A stretch of 64,000 bases of DNA from an uncultured Acidobacteriota bacterium (GCA_913043225.1 CAJWLU010000002.1:91457-155456), one strand, 5' to 3'. Counted from the stretch's first letter, positions 35,483 to 44,185 are shown. Notes: a model not told the origin generated them from the letters alone. A program made the numbers and translations.

Positions 35483-36370
35483 CTACCAGAGGCTGTCCAG
35501 CAGCAGGAGTCCCCAGGCCAGAGGCAGGTAACCCAGTGTGGCCCGGAAGAGATCGCGTGCCCGCTCAACCGTCGGACCCTCGGCGAATCTCAGCGCCAGC
35601 GCCAGTAGCAGCATGTCCATGACCACCACGCCTACCGCGTAAGTCCCTCCCGCCAGACCGGTCCAGGCGGGCCCGAGGCTGGCGGGGATGAGGAGTATGG
35701 TGTAGACCATGAGGTGACGGGTAAGATGCACACCGCTCGGGTCAACGACGGCCAGCAGCGGAAGCCCCGAACGCTCGAAGTCTTCTCGATAGAGCCACGT
35801 CAGCGCCAGGAAATGTGGCAGCTGCCAGACGAAAACTACCCAGAAGAGTGCCCAGGCTTGGGCGGTCAACGGCGCCACCGCGACCCACCCGATTACGACC
35901 GGGAGAGCGCCGGGGATGGCTCCCACCAGCAGTGCCCAGTGGGACCGACGCTTGAGCGGTGTGTAGATCACGACGTAGCTAAACAGAGTGGCCATGGCCA
36001 CGACCGCAGCCGTGGGGTTCACGAGTGTTGCCAGCTGGGTCAGCCCCACCAGAGCGACCGCGACCGCGAACCATACTGCCTCGCCCGCCTGTAGCCGCCG
36101 AGCGGGAAGCGGTCGGGTGCGCGTGCGGGTCATCCGCTCGTCGAGGTCGATCTCGGCAGTTTGATTGAGCGCGGCCGCTCCGCCTGCCACTAGCGCCGAC
36201 CCGATGGCGGTATGAGTGAGAAGCACCGGATCCAGCGGCCCGGATCGCGCGGCGAGGTACCCGACGCCAGCGGTCACGACCACGAGCGAGTTGAGGCGTG
36301 GTTTGGTCAGCGCCAGGAAGTCGAGCAGGCGGTGACGCGGTGTGTCGAGGGCCGCGGCCCCGGTCTTCAT
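35483..36370 (-). CDS. ctaB: Protoheme IX farnesyltransferase (heme O synthase)
   Basis: FLALTKPRLNSLVVVTAGVGY and a UbiA-type polytopic profile. Confidence 0.9.
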   Translation of the reverse strand: MKTGAAALDTPRHRLLDFLALTKPRLNSLVVVTAGVGYLAARSGPLDPVLLTHTAIGSALVAGGAAALNQTAEIDLDERMTRTRTRPLPARRLQAGEAVWFAVAVALVGLTQLATLVNPTAAVVAMATLFSYVVIYTPLKRRSHWALLVGAIPGALPVVIGWVAVAPLTAQAWALFWVVFVWQLPHFLALTWLYREDFERSGLPLLAVVDPSGVHLTRHLMVYTILLIPASLGPAWTGLAGGTYAVGVVVMDMLLLALALRFAEGPTVERARDLFRATLGYLPLAWGLLLLDSLW

Positions 36371-36431
36371 GCGTGGGCTCCGGGGGGGGGCGTCATACGC
36401 ATGGCCCCGACGACGAAGGGTAAGGAACAGG

Positions 36432-36462
36432 CCGGCCAGACGCCTGGTCGGCGTCCGGCCGG
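36432..36462 (-). terminator. GC-rich hairpin after the cupredoxin gene (13-bp stem including one G-U, 5-nt loop)
   Basis: CCGGCCGGACGCC-GACCA-GGCGTCTGGCCGG on the minus strand, 29 nt past the stop. It has no clear U-tract. Confidence 0.35.
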
Positions 36463-36490
36463 TCGACGAACGAACGGAGAGCGCCGCTGT

Positions 36491-37252
36491 TTATGGCGCG
36501 GTGAACGTGAAGGAGACCTCGGCGGTCTGGCCGGTGGCCACGGTTACGTTCTGGGTCTGGGTGCCGAGCGCTTCGTGCCAGGCCTCGATGACGTAGTCAC
36601 CCGGAGGCAGCGTGCTGATGTCGAACATCCCGTCGGTTCCCGTCACTCCGAAGTACGGGTGGTCGAGCACGCCGACGTAGGCGTTCATCCAGCCGTGCAC
36701 GTCGCATTTGAACGGCACCATCACCTCGGCGGCGTTGAAGGTGCGTTCGAACTCCATGCCCTGGATCGGCTGTCCCATGTTGAACTCTTCGTTCGCCGCA
36801 GGAGTGGCGTGGATGTTGTGCAGCGTCGCGTCGCTGTTGATGATCTTCAGGGTTTGGCCCACCTGCAAGCCCAGGACGTGTGGGGTGTAGCGGCAACCTT
36901 CCTGGTTGAGGGTGATTACGTCGCTGGAGGTCGGGAAGCTCTGTCCCTCAAGCCCTTCCTTTACGTAGACGAACACGTTGCCGAGGTGTCCATCGCTGCC
37001 CACGAAGGTGTTCGACATGGTTTCGGTCGCTGCCTCGACGCATGCCGGGTCGGAGGCCATCATGAGCTCTTCAGCCGCCGGGAGCTCGCCGTCGATCATC
37101 ACCATACCCGACACGTTGCCTGCCGTAGTGGGATCGAAGGCGGGGGCTGCCGGTGCCGCAGGTGCCGACGAGGTCGGTGCGTCGCCACCGCCGCCGCAGG
37201 CGGCCGCCATCACGAGCACGGAAAGGACCGTCCACAGTTTTCGATGATGCAT
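36491..37252 (-). CDS. Lipoprotein with a type-1 copper (cupredoxin) site
   Basis: AGGAG SD; lipobox VMAAAC. The ligand pattern is LHNIH ... KCDVHGWM (C-x2-H-x2-M), and a C-terminal beta-sandwich follows. The ORF track extends to 37393. Confidence 0.7.
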   Translation of the reverse strand: MHHRKLWTVLSVLVMAAACGGGGDAPTSSAPAAPAAPAFDPTTAGNVSGMVMIDGELPAAEELMMASDPACVEAATETMSNTFVGSDGHLGNVFVYVKEGLEGQSFPTSSDVITLNQEGCRYTPHVLGLQVGQTLKIINSDATLHNIHATPAANEEFNMGQPIQGMEFERTFNAAEVMVPFKCDVHGWMNAYVGVLDHPYFGVTGTDGMFDISTLPPGDYVIEAWHEALGTQTQNVTVATGQTAEVSFTFTAP

Positions 37253-37358
37253 TGAGATTCTCCTACACGTGTAAATCTGATTCGGTTGGTGATGTGACGG
37301 GTCGCGCCGATCGTCCGTCCGACCCTGAGTGGAACATCGAGGACCAAACAAGCGTCTA

Positions 37359-37387
37359 AGTATAGCGTCGCGGTGGGCCGAGGCCAA
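37359..37387 (-). promoter_or_regulatory. Candidate promoter TTGGCC-N17-TATACT
   Basis: Read on the minus strand about 105 nt upstream of the cupredoxin start. Confidence 0.35.
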
Positions 37388-37396
37388 GCCCAAGTA

Positions 37397-38776
37397 CTAG
37401 TTCACAGCTCTGAGCTTCCGATTGATTCGGTCTTCAATCCAGTTCGGGTCCCACCACTCCATGGGTGTGACCGGTCGTCCGTGCAGAAGCATGGCGAAGT
37501 GCAGGTGGTCGCCTCCGGCCAGGCCCGTGGTGCCGCTGCGCCCCAGTACGGTCTCGGCGGTCACCGCGTCTCCCACCTGCACGTCGAGTGACGACAGATG
37601 CGCGTAGAGCGACTGCAAGCCGAGGCCATGGTCGACGATCACGCAGTTTCCGTAGATCCCGAAGTAGTCGGCGAAGATGACACGTCCCGCATTGGCGGAC
37701 GCGATTGGCACGTTGGCTGTGGCCGCTAGGTCGAAGCCCAGATGCACCTGCTGGTCGACGTCGCGCCCGTCATAGACGTAGGTCCGGTAGTCGGCAAAGC
37801 CAGATTCGACCTGCGAGTTGCCCAGTTGGCGGAACGGTTCTGACCAGAGCTTCGTCTCGGCGGTCTCGGCGGCGAGGCCCAACAGCCGGTCTCGGTTCAG
37901 CTGTCGCAGCCCACCATTGATGGCCAGATATTGCTCCAGCAGTCCCGCGTCTGGTGGCATCGCCACCCTGCGGAGTTCTTCGCTCCGCTCGACGATCTCC
38001 GGTACCACCTGGGACAGGAAGCGATCGCTCAGCGGGATCCGTGACCGCCGGAAGCGCCTTGGGAAGACACGGTGGTCGAAATCGATCTCGGCCTCGTTAC
38101 CCGCCTCATCTCGAGCATAGAGCCGCATCGGAGAGTTCAGCTCTTGGTCGTGGAGCAGGGCAAAGGTCGACACCCGGAGTGATTCGTCGGCGCCCTCGAC
38201 GCCGGCCGCCGACGCGGGATAGCCGGGAAATCTGAGGTCCGCCACCCTGACGCCGGACTCGGCATCGGGTGGGGTGACTCGATACACGATTACCTCGGCC
38301 CCGCCGAGATTGACGTAGTGCAGCGACGAGACGACCGAAAGCCGCGGTGGTTCGAAGCGGGCGACGATGTCGTGCTGGGCCGTGCTCGTGGCTTGGCGCA
38401 GACCGAACAGGACTGCCCGAGTCGCCTCCACAACCACAGTGGCTGGACCCTGAGAGAGCTCAAGGTAATCCTCCCTGGTCAGGGCGCGCGTTACCCGGAA
38501 ACGGCTCTCGCTTTCCTGGTTCACGGTGGCTTGCTCGGGGGTGGCGAGCGAGAACAGCGGAATGCTCAGCTCACCCTGCGTCAGGTGCGCGGTCAGAGCG
38601 AGCAACTCGCCGTTGCCCGTGTCCACTGAGGCCTCGAACTGGCCGATCTGGCCGATGAAACGGGTGGGTTGATGAATTTCTACCGTGGGGCCTTCGGCCC
38701 GCCCCGCGCCGACCCAGAGCCCGACCCCGAGTGCGAGGCCGGCTAGGAGCACTAGGGTGCTCAGGAGTCGTAGCAC
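37397..38776 (-). CDS. M23 (LytM-type) metallopeptidase, membrane-anchored
   Basis: N-terminal TM helix, then C-terminal HGLGLQSLYAHLS and GDHLHFAM. Confidence 0.85.
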   Translation of the reverse strand: MLRLLSTLVLLAGLALGVGLWVGAGRAEGPTVEIHQPTRFIGQIGQFEASVDTGNGELLALTAHLTQGELSIPLFSLATPEQATVNQESESRFRVTRALTREDYLELSQGPATVVVEATRAVLFGLRQATSTAQHDIVARFEPPRLSVVSSLHYVNLGGAEVIVYRVTPPDAESGVRVADLRFPGYPASAAGVEGADESLRVSTFALLHDQELNSPMRLYARDEAGNEAEIDFDHRVFPRRFRRSRIPLSDRFLSQVVPEIVERSEELRRVAMPPDAGLLEQYLAINGGLRQLNRDRLLGLAAETAETKLWSEPFRQLGNSQVESGFADYRTYVYDGRDVDQQVHLGFDLAATANVPIASANAGRVIFADYFGIYGNCVIVDHGLGLQSLYAHLSSLDVQVGDAVTAETVLGRSGTTGLAGGDHLHFAMLLHGRPVTPMEWWDPNWIEDRINRKLRAVN

Positions 38777-38802
38777 GAATGCATTGTACAGGACACCTCA
38801 GA

Positions 38803-38831
38803 TTGACCCGATAAGAGAGGCGCTCTAAGAT
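38803..38831 (+). promoter_or_regulatory. Candidate tRNA promoter TTGACC-N17-TAAGAT
   Basis: The hexamers were read directly. The -10 box ends 26 nt before the mature tRNA 5-prime end. Confidence 0.45.
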
Positions 38832-38857
38832 ATGGACAGCGATACGGTGGCGAGTGT

Positions 38858-38932
38858 GGCGGTATCGTCTAGGGGTTAGGATACATGGTTCTCAGCCATG
38901 GGACCGGGGTTCGAATCCCCGTACCGCTACCA
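38858..38932 (+). tRNA. tRNA-Glu (anticodon CUC), CCA encoded
   Basis: Manual cloverleaf: acceptor GGCGGTA/TACCGCT (with G1-U72), anticodon stem CATGG/CCATG with loop TTCTCAG (CTC at 38891-38893), T-arm CGGGG-TTCGAAT-CCCCG, then ACCA. Confidence 0.85.
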
Positions 38933-38976
38933 ATTCTCCAGCCTTTAACCTGTCGTCCGTGACGCTACCCGGCGAT

Positions 38977-40983
38977 TCACGCCGACTCGAAGGTCCTCTC
39001 CGGCCGAGGGGTCCGTAACAACCGCAGGCCGTTCAACGTGACCAGAATGGTCGTCCCGACGTCGGCCGCCACCGCCATCCACATTGTCCCAAGGCCAGCA
39101 ATTACCAGTCCGAGGAAAACGACCTTCAAGCCGATCGCGATCGCGATATTGGTCTGAACTCGGTTCATCGCCACTCGGCTCAGTTTCAACGCAAACGGCA
39201 ATCGCCGAAGATCCCCGCCGAGGAGGGTGATATCCGCGCTTTCGAGTGCCTGATCGGTGCCACCGGCCGTTCCCCCCAGCGCGATGCCGACATCGGCCGT
39301 TGCGAGCGCCGGCGCGTCATTGAGGCCATCACCGACCATGGCGACTTTGCCTAACTCGTTTCTGAGTGACTGAATGGCCTCAACCTTGTCCTCCGGCAGC
39401 AAGTCTGCGACCGTTTCGGCCAGGCCCAGCTCAGAACCTACTTTCTCCGCGGTCTGTGAACTGTCGCCCGTAAGCATGACCAATTTCAATCGCATCCTTC
39501 TGAGCATCTGGAGCGCTTCCTGGCTCGTCCTACGAATTGAGTCAGAGAGGGTAAGAAGTCCAAGGTAGCTTCCCTCGGCGCTGACGAGAACAGGGGTCAG
39601 GCCTTCGGCGGCCGCCTCCCCCGCGTGCCGGCAATGGTCAGCATCGTGCGGGATGCTCTCGTCGAAATAGCGATGGCTTCCGACCTCTACGTGGCGGCCG
39701 TCGACTTGGCCGACCATGCCTTGTCCGGCAAGTGCCGCGACATTCGCGGCGACCGGGTAGTAAGTTTCGACCCCTCTGTGGACCGATTCGTCGACGATGG
39801 CTCGTGCCAGCGGATGCTCACTTCGACGCCCGACCGCGCTCACGAGGGCGACCAGGTCGTTGCAGTCGGTGCAGTCGTCGCCACCGCAATCGTGGCAACG
39901 GGCTGCACGCACGCTGACCACGGTCGGTGCGCCTTCGGTGAGAGTACCCGTTTTGTCAAAGGCGACCGCCCGGACTTGGCTCAGCTCTTCCAGCCCGAGA
40001 CCACCCTTGAAGAGCACTCCGAATCGAGCCCCGTTGGTGATAGCCGAGATGATGCAGACCGGTGTGCTTAGCACGAGGGCACAGGGGCACGCGACGACTA
40101 GGAGGGTTAGGCCGCGGTAGAGCCAGCCGTTGGAGGCGAGCGACGTGTCGATGAACGTCTCGCCAAAGAACAGCGGTGGCCCCACGGCTACGACCAATGC
40201 GAGGGCGGCGACAATCGGCGTATAGACCTGAGCGAATCGGTCGACAAATCTTTGAGCGGGTGCTTTACGCTCGTGCGCATCCTCGATCAGCCGGATCATC
40301 CGGCTGATGGTCGTGTCCGATGCCGGTCGGCTCACTACCACCTCTAGCGCACCAGGTCCGTTCACGGTCCCTGCGTAGACGGTGTCGCCTGCGCTTAGTT
40401 CGACCAAACGGCTTTCTCCGGTGATCGGCGCCTGGTTCACCATCGAGCTACCCAACGCGATTACCCCATCCATTGGGATTCGTTCGCCTGGCCGAATGAC
40501 GATGCGGTCGCCGACCTCGAGAGCGCCTACCGGAACCCGCTGCGGTTCTGCTGCGGATCCCCGAAGGCGAGTGGCCTCTTCCGGAGCCACTTGCATGAGG
40601 TCCCGTATTGACTGTCTGGCCCGGCGAGAGGCGTGTGATTCGAGTAGCTCGCCCACAGAAAATAGGACCATCACCATCGCCGCTTCGGTGTAGGCGCCGA
40701 TGAAGACCGCGCCGATCGCGGCGGTCGTCATGAGGACGTTGATATTGAGCTGTCTTCGTCGGACTAGCGACTGAAACGCGCTGATCATCACCGGCCAGCC
40801 GGCGACCGCGAGGGCTGCCAATGAGCAGTATTCAACCAGTCCCGACTCTCTGGCCAGGACTTCTGTCCAGATGAGGCCAGGAAGAACGAGCACGGCGCCC
40901 AGAGCGGCCAATTGTCCCTCCGGGCTGTGGCTAAGGTGGTGGATGAATGAGGGATGACTTGGCAAGGGGGCTGCTTTCTTCAT
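38977..40983 (-). CDS. P1B-type heavy-metal translocating ATPase (CPC type; no HMA domain)
   Basis: VVACPCALVLSTP, DKTGTLT, SEHPLA and MVGDGLNDAPAL. The N-terminus is His-rich (HPSFIHHLSH), and there is a Cys-rich insert CHDCGGDDCTDC. Confidence 0.9.
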   Translation of the reverse strand: MKKAAPLPSHPSFIHHLSHSPEGQLAALGAVLVLPGLIWTEVLARESGLVEYCSLAALAVAGWPVMISAFQSLVRRRQLNINVLMTTAAIGAVFIGAYTEAAMVMVLFSVGELLESHASRRARQSIRDLMQVAPEEATRLRGSAAEPQRVPVGALEVGDRIVIRPGERIPMDGVIALGSSMVNQAPITGESRLVELSAGDTVYAGTVNGPGALEVVVSRPASDTTISRMIRLIEDAHERKAPAQRFVDRFAQVYTPIVAALALVVAVGPPLFFGETFIDTSLASNGWLYRGLTLLVVACPCALVLSTPVCIISAITNGARFGVLFKGGLGLEELSQVRAVAFDKTGTLTEGAPTVVSVRAARCHDCGGDDCTDCNDLVALVSAVGRRSEHPLARAIVDESVHRGVETYYPVAANVAALAGQGMVGQVDGRHVEVGSHRYFDESIPHDADHCRHAGEAAAEGLTPVLVSAEGSYLGLLTLSDSIRRTSQEALQMLRRMRLKLVMLTGDSSQTAEKVGSELGLAETVADLLPEDKVEAIQSLRNELGKVAMVGDGLNDAPALATADVGIALGGTAGGTDQALESADITLLGGDLRRLPFALKLSRVAMNRVQTNIAIAIGLKVVFLGLVIAGLGTMWMAVAADVGTTILVTLNGLRLLRTPRPERTFESA

Positions 40984-41110
40984 CGTTGCAGACCTGCGAG
41001 CGGTGACGCGAGGTGGCGTGGCCTAGCCTGTTCGCCAATCGGCGTGCGCCGCAGTGCTCGCCTGGCAAGGCAGGTACGGCGCGTACCCACAGCTGGGAAG
41101 GTGTTGCTTC

Positions 41111-41147
41111 GGTGGCGGGAGACTAACTGCGGGTGTCTCCCGCCACC
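41111..41147 (-). terminator. Perfect 13-bp GC-rich hairpin between the SGL gene and the ATPase gene
   Basis: GGTGGCGGGAGAC-(11 nt)-GTCTCCCGCCACC. It has no U-tract, so it could be a terminator or an attenuator. Confidence 0.4.
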
Positions 41148-41204
41148 ATCGTCTAGGTCCTGCTGGAAAAGCCGCGTTGCAGGATCGCGGCGTTCAGCTA
41201 ACCC

Positions 41205-42215
41205 CTACTGGTCACCCGCCACGCTGACGCGGATCCGATACAGCCCGGTGCGAGCCGTCATGTACAGGGTGCGACGGTCGTCGTCGCCGAAGGCGACGTT
41301 GGCCGGCACCTCTGTCGGCTTGATCGTCCCGAGATGGCGTCCGTCCGGAGCGATGACCCACACGCCACCAGGGCCGGTGGCCCACAGGTTGCCTTGGACG
41401 TCCACCTTGAGCCCATCGGGCGCACCTGGCTCATCCACGCCGCTGGCGTCGAGCAACAGCTCAGCTTCTCCCAGCGTTCCGTCTGCTTCGACGTCGTACG
41501 TATTCCACAAGCCAGCTGAGCTGTCGGCAACATACAGCCGTGACTCATCAGGTGCGAACGCGATCCCGTTTGGCCCCTCTTGGTCTGTTAGCCGGGTCAC
41601 TTCGCCATCAGGGGCGAGGCGATAGACGCCGTTGACATCCTGTGCGCGATCGTCTGGCGTCGGTAGCCCATAAGGAGGATCGGTGAAATACAGTGTGCCG
41701 TTCGAGTGATAGTCGAGATCGTTAGGGCTGTTGAACCGCCCACCCCCATAGGTGTCGGCCACGACGCTGCGGGTGCCGTCGGCTGCGATCCGAGAGACCC
41801 TTCCATTGAAGTGTTCGGTGAAGACGATGTTCCCTAAGGGATCTACGGTGATGCCGTTCGAACCGACCAGCCGCCCGTCCTCGTGCTCTCCCTCGAAGAC
41901 CGGAGCCAGGAAGTCGCTGACGGTGCCGTCCTGCTCCCACTTGACGATCCTGTTGCCTGGAATGTCGCTGAACAGGAGAAAGCCGTCTTCAGCGTCGACC
42001 CACACGGGACCTTCCGTGAAGCCGAACCCGTCCGCGAGATGCTCGATCACAGCGTCGGTCGGCACCAATTCGTCGAATGCCGGGTCTAGCCGCTCAATCG
42101 TCCCGGCGCTTGGCGTGGGCGCAGGCGTGGGTTCGGTCTCTTCAGTGGGTTCGGCTCCACCGCCACACGATACGGCGACCGCCAGGATCGCCACTAACCA
42201 CCATTTCTGCATCAC
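41205..42215 (-). CDS. SMP-30/gluconolactonase/LRE-like (SGL) beta-propeller lipoprotein
   Basis: Lipobox AVSCGGG, then FTEGPVW...FSDIPGNRI...NGITVD...FNSPNDL...PNGIAF...PDGLKVD blade motifs. Confidence 0.8.
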   Translation of the reverse strand: MMQKWWLVAILAVAVSCGGGAEPTEETEPTPAPTPSAGTIERLDPAFDELVPTDAVIEHLADGFGFTEGPVWVDAEDGFLLFSDIPGNRIVKWEQDGTVSDFLAPVFEGEHEDGRLVGSNGITVDPLGNIVFTEHFNGRVSRIAADGTRSVVADTYGGGRFNSPNDLDYHSNGTLYFTDPPYGLPTPDDRAQDVNGVYRLAPDGEVTRLTDQEGPNGIAFAPDESRLYVADSSAGLWNTYDVEADGTLGEAELLLDASGVDEPGAPDGLKVDVQGNLWATGPGGVWVIAPDGRHLGTIKPTEVPANVAFGDDDRRTLYMTARTGLYRIRVSVAGDQ

Positions 42216-42233
42216 AGTCCTCCTGGGATTGCG

Positions 42234-43178
42234 CTACTGGCTATCCAGCGTGACGAACGCGAGCGCGTAGTTGGGGTTCATGGGAATGACAAGTTGGTTC
42301 TGCGTCGAGTCGTAGCACATGGACGCGGCGCTGGGGATACCTGAAGCGATGATCTCCGCATCTCCACCCGGCGGAATCCTGGACACGCTGCCGTAGCGGA
42401 CGCTGCTCACATACTTGGTCCCATCGGCGGTGACCACGACCCCATCACTGCCCCCCTCTCCACTCTGTTCCATCCGCGCGACCGTACCGTCTTGGCTGTA
42501 AGTGATGACGGCGCTGTCACCGACGTTGACCACGACGATGTTTCCGTCCTGGTCGATGGCAACGCCGTTCGGGGCATTGAGGGGAGTACCCTCTGCGAAC
42601 AATGATGTTTCGCCGTTTGCGGTAACTTTCCACATTTGGCTGACGGGTCGCGTGTTTGAGGCGTATATAGTCCCGTCGTCCGCAACGGCGATGCCGTTCA
42701 ATAACGTCGAGCCGGGGACGGGAACCGCTCGCAAGGGGCGGCCAGTCTCAAGGTCGAAGAGTCGTACGTGCCCGGAATCAACCGTGTAGAGGACACCATT
42801 ACTGATGGCGCTGCCCAGCGGATCGTGGAGCTCCAGGCCGTCCCGGGTGGCGCCGATCCACTTGGGGGTGTGGACACTTCCGTCGGGATGGATGAGGGAG
42901 ACGTAGCCATCGTTGTCGTTGGGAGCGGTCCGATTACCGGCATTCATGGCCAAGATCAGGTTCTTTCCGGGATCGAACGTGCAGCTCTCTGTGAAGTGGA
43001 AGCTTCCATATACCTTCACGTTGTCTGACATCGGTCGCCACTCTCCAGCTTCGCTGCGTGCGCCGATGGGTTCGCCGGCCGAGAAATCTTGAGCGGCCGC
43101 CGGGACCACGATGGACATGGCGATGGACGCCACGTGTATCAATCTCAAACCTACTGATCGCATCGTTTTTCCTTTCAT
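42234..43178 (-). CDS. Exported six-bladed beta-propeller protein (NHL/SGL-like)
   Basis: Signal peptide ending in AAAQD, followed by repeated G.lY..d / NGIA / DG blade motifs. ATG 43178 has a GGAAG SD. The ORF track opens at 43199. Confidence 0.65.
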   Translation of the reverse strand: MKGKTMRSVGLRLIHVASIAMSIVVPAAAQDFSAGEPIGARSEAGEWRPMSDNVKVYGSFHFTESCTFDPGKNLILAMNAGNRTAPNDNDGYVSLIHPDGSVHTPKWIGATRDGLELHDPLGSAISNGVLYTVDSGHVRLFDLETGRPLRAVPVPGSTLLNGIAVADDGTIYASNTRPVSQMWKVTANGETSLFAEGTPLNAPNGVAIDQDGNIVVVNVGDSAVITYSQDGTVARMEQSGEGGSDGVVVTADGTKYVSSVRYGSVSRIPPGGDAEIIASGIPSAASMCYDSTQNQLVIPMNPNYALAFVTLDSQ

Positions 43179-43189
43179 GGTTTCTTCCA

Positions 43190-43579
43190 TTAATGACACT
43201 GCTGGTCATAACAGAGCTTGAAGTTCCGGGTATGGGCAAACGCGATGATGGTTGCCCCCAACACCGTCGTCACCTTTTCTCCTGTTTCTCCGAGGCCGTC
43301 ATGGCCGAGGATCACGGCAAGCGACAGCACTAGGAGGCCCAGTAGGCCGGTCGCGAAGACCGCGACACGTTTGTGCTGGCGACACCCCAGACCGAGAGCC
43401 AGCATGCTAGTGGGCAAGACCGCAAATAGTAGCGCATAGTGGAACAGCTCGTCCTCAAGCACCGTCGCACCAAAAGCCGGCAAGAGCGTTACCGCGACGG
43501 GGGTGAGGAAACAGTGGGCGGTACACACAAGTGAGAAACCGATGGCGGCTTTGTCGATGGTGGTCTGCGAGGTCTTCAT
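43190..43579 (-). CDS. MerC-domain membrane protein
   Basis: DKAAIGFSLVCTAHCFLTPVAVTLLP, four TM helices and a C-terminal HTRNFKLC match the MerC-domain family. ATG 43579 has an AGGAAG SD. Confidence 0.65.
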   Translation of the reverse strand: MKTSQTTIDKAAIGFSLVCTAHCFLTPVAVTLLPAFGATVLEDELFHYALLFAVLPTSMLALGLGCRQHKRVAVFATGLLGLLVLSLAVILGHDGLGETGEKVTTVLGATIIAFAHTRNFKLCYDQQCH

Positions 43580-43857
43580 AGATTGCTTCCTGACTTCAGC
43601 TAACAATCTGGTACGAGCGGAGCATTCTGGTTCCTACGCCAAAAGCGAGCAGCATCGGTAGCACCAGTCACACGACTCCTCCGGATACGCGCTCCAGAAT
43701 CACAAGCGACGACTTCCCCTGTTCGTAGCTTTCAGCATTGTCTTCTCGCCGGATTCAATGGACCCCAGATGTCAGATCGCGCCGCGATCGACGCAAGAAA
43801 CGGCCATCAACGGACGCGACTACCTAACAGTAGTTGAGAGACGTACGAACGACGGAC

Positions 43858-44151
43858 TTACAGTGAGAGGAATCGTGGGGGCCCGCGCGAGAAGTACACG
43901 CCGTCGAGTACATCGCGCTTGGTGTCGAACTGCTCTGGAGACAGGGTACGCGCGCTAGCTTGGAGCTCGGCGCCCGTCTGCGGTGTCTCGGTGGTGGAGG
44001 TGTAATACGCGTGACAGACGGCGCAATGGTCCTCGACTGAACCGGCCTCGTGGCCGTGAAGGAACGCACTGGCGGATCCAATCGCTAGCGCGACCAGTAT
44101 CACCGAGGCGGCCAGGGTCAGCCACCGCCGCTGGGGCATTAAGACCATCAC
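43858..44151 (-). CDS. Small membrane-anchored protein with one CxxCH heme-c motif
   Basis: TM anchor WLTLAASVILVALAIGSASAF, then LHGHEAGSVEDHCAVCHAY. It is 96-97 aa with a GTG/ATG start. Confidence 0.5.
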   Translation of the reverse strand: MMVLMPQRRWLTLAASVILVALAIGSASAFLHGHEAGSVEDHCAVCHAYYTSTTETPQTGAELQASARTLSPEQFDTKRDVLDGVYFSRGPPRFLSL

Positions 44152-44155
44152 ATCT

Positions 44156-44185
44156 TTTCTAGGCTTAGACCCAGTGGTTTGTCAA
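44156..44185 (-). promoter_or_regulatory. Candidate promoter TTGACA-N18-TAGAAA, 4 nt from the GTGATG start (leaderless type)
   Basis: The hexamers were read on the minus strand immediately upstream of the small CxxCH ORF. Confidence 0.35.

Noticed and set aside
36212-37255. Long opposite-strand or alternative-frame ORFs. Examples: 36212-37255 (+), 3817-4809 (-), 50128-51120 (-), 11343-12086 (-), 31968-32810 (-), 53660-54604 (-), 55312-55899 (-), and the N-terminal 226 aa of ORF 54638-55723.
   Set aside because: Their translations are Arg/Gly/Pro/Ala-rich low-complexity strings without motifs. Each lies antisense to, or out of frame with, a gene that has clear family signatures. These are typical shadow ORFs of high-GC DNA.
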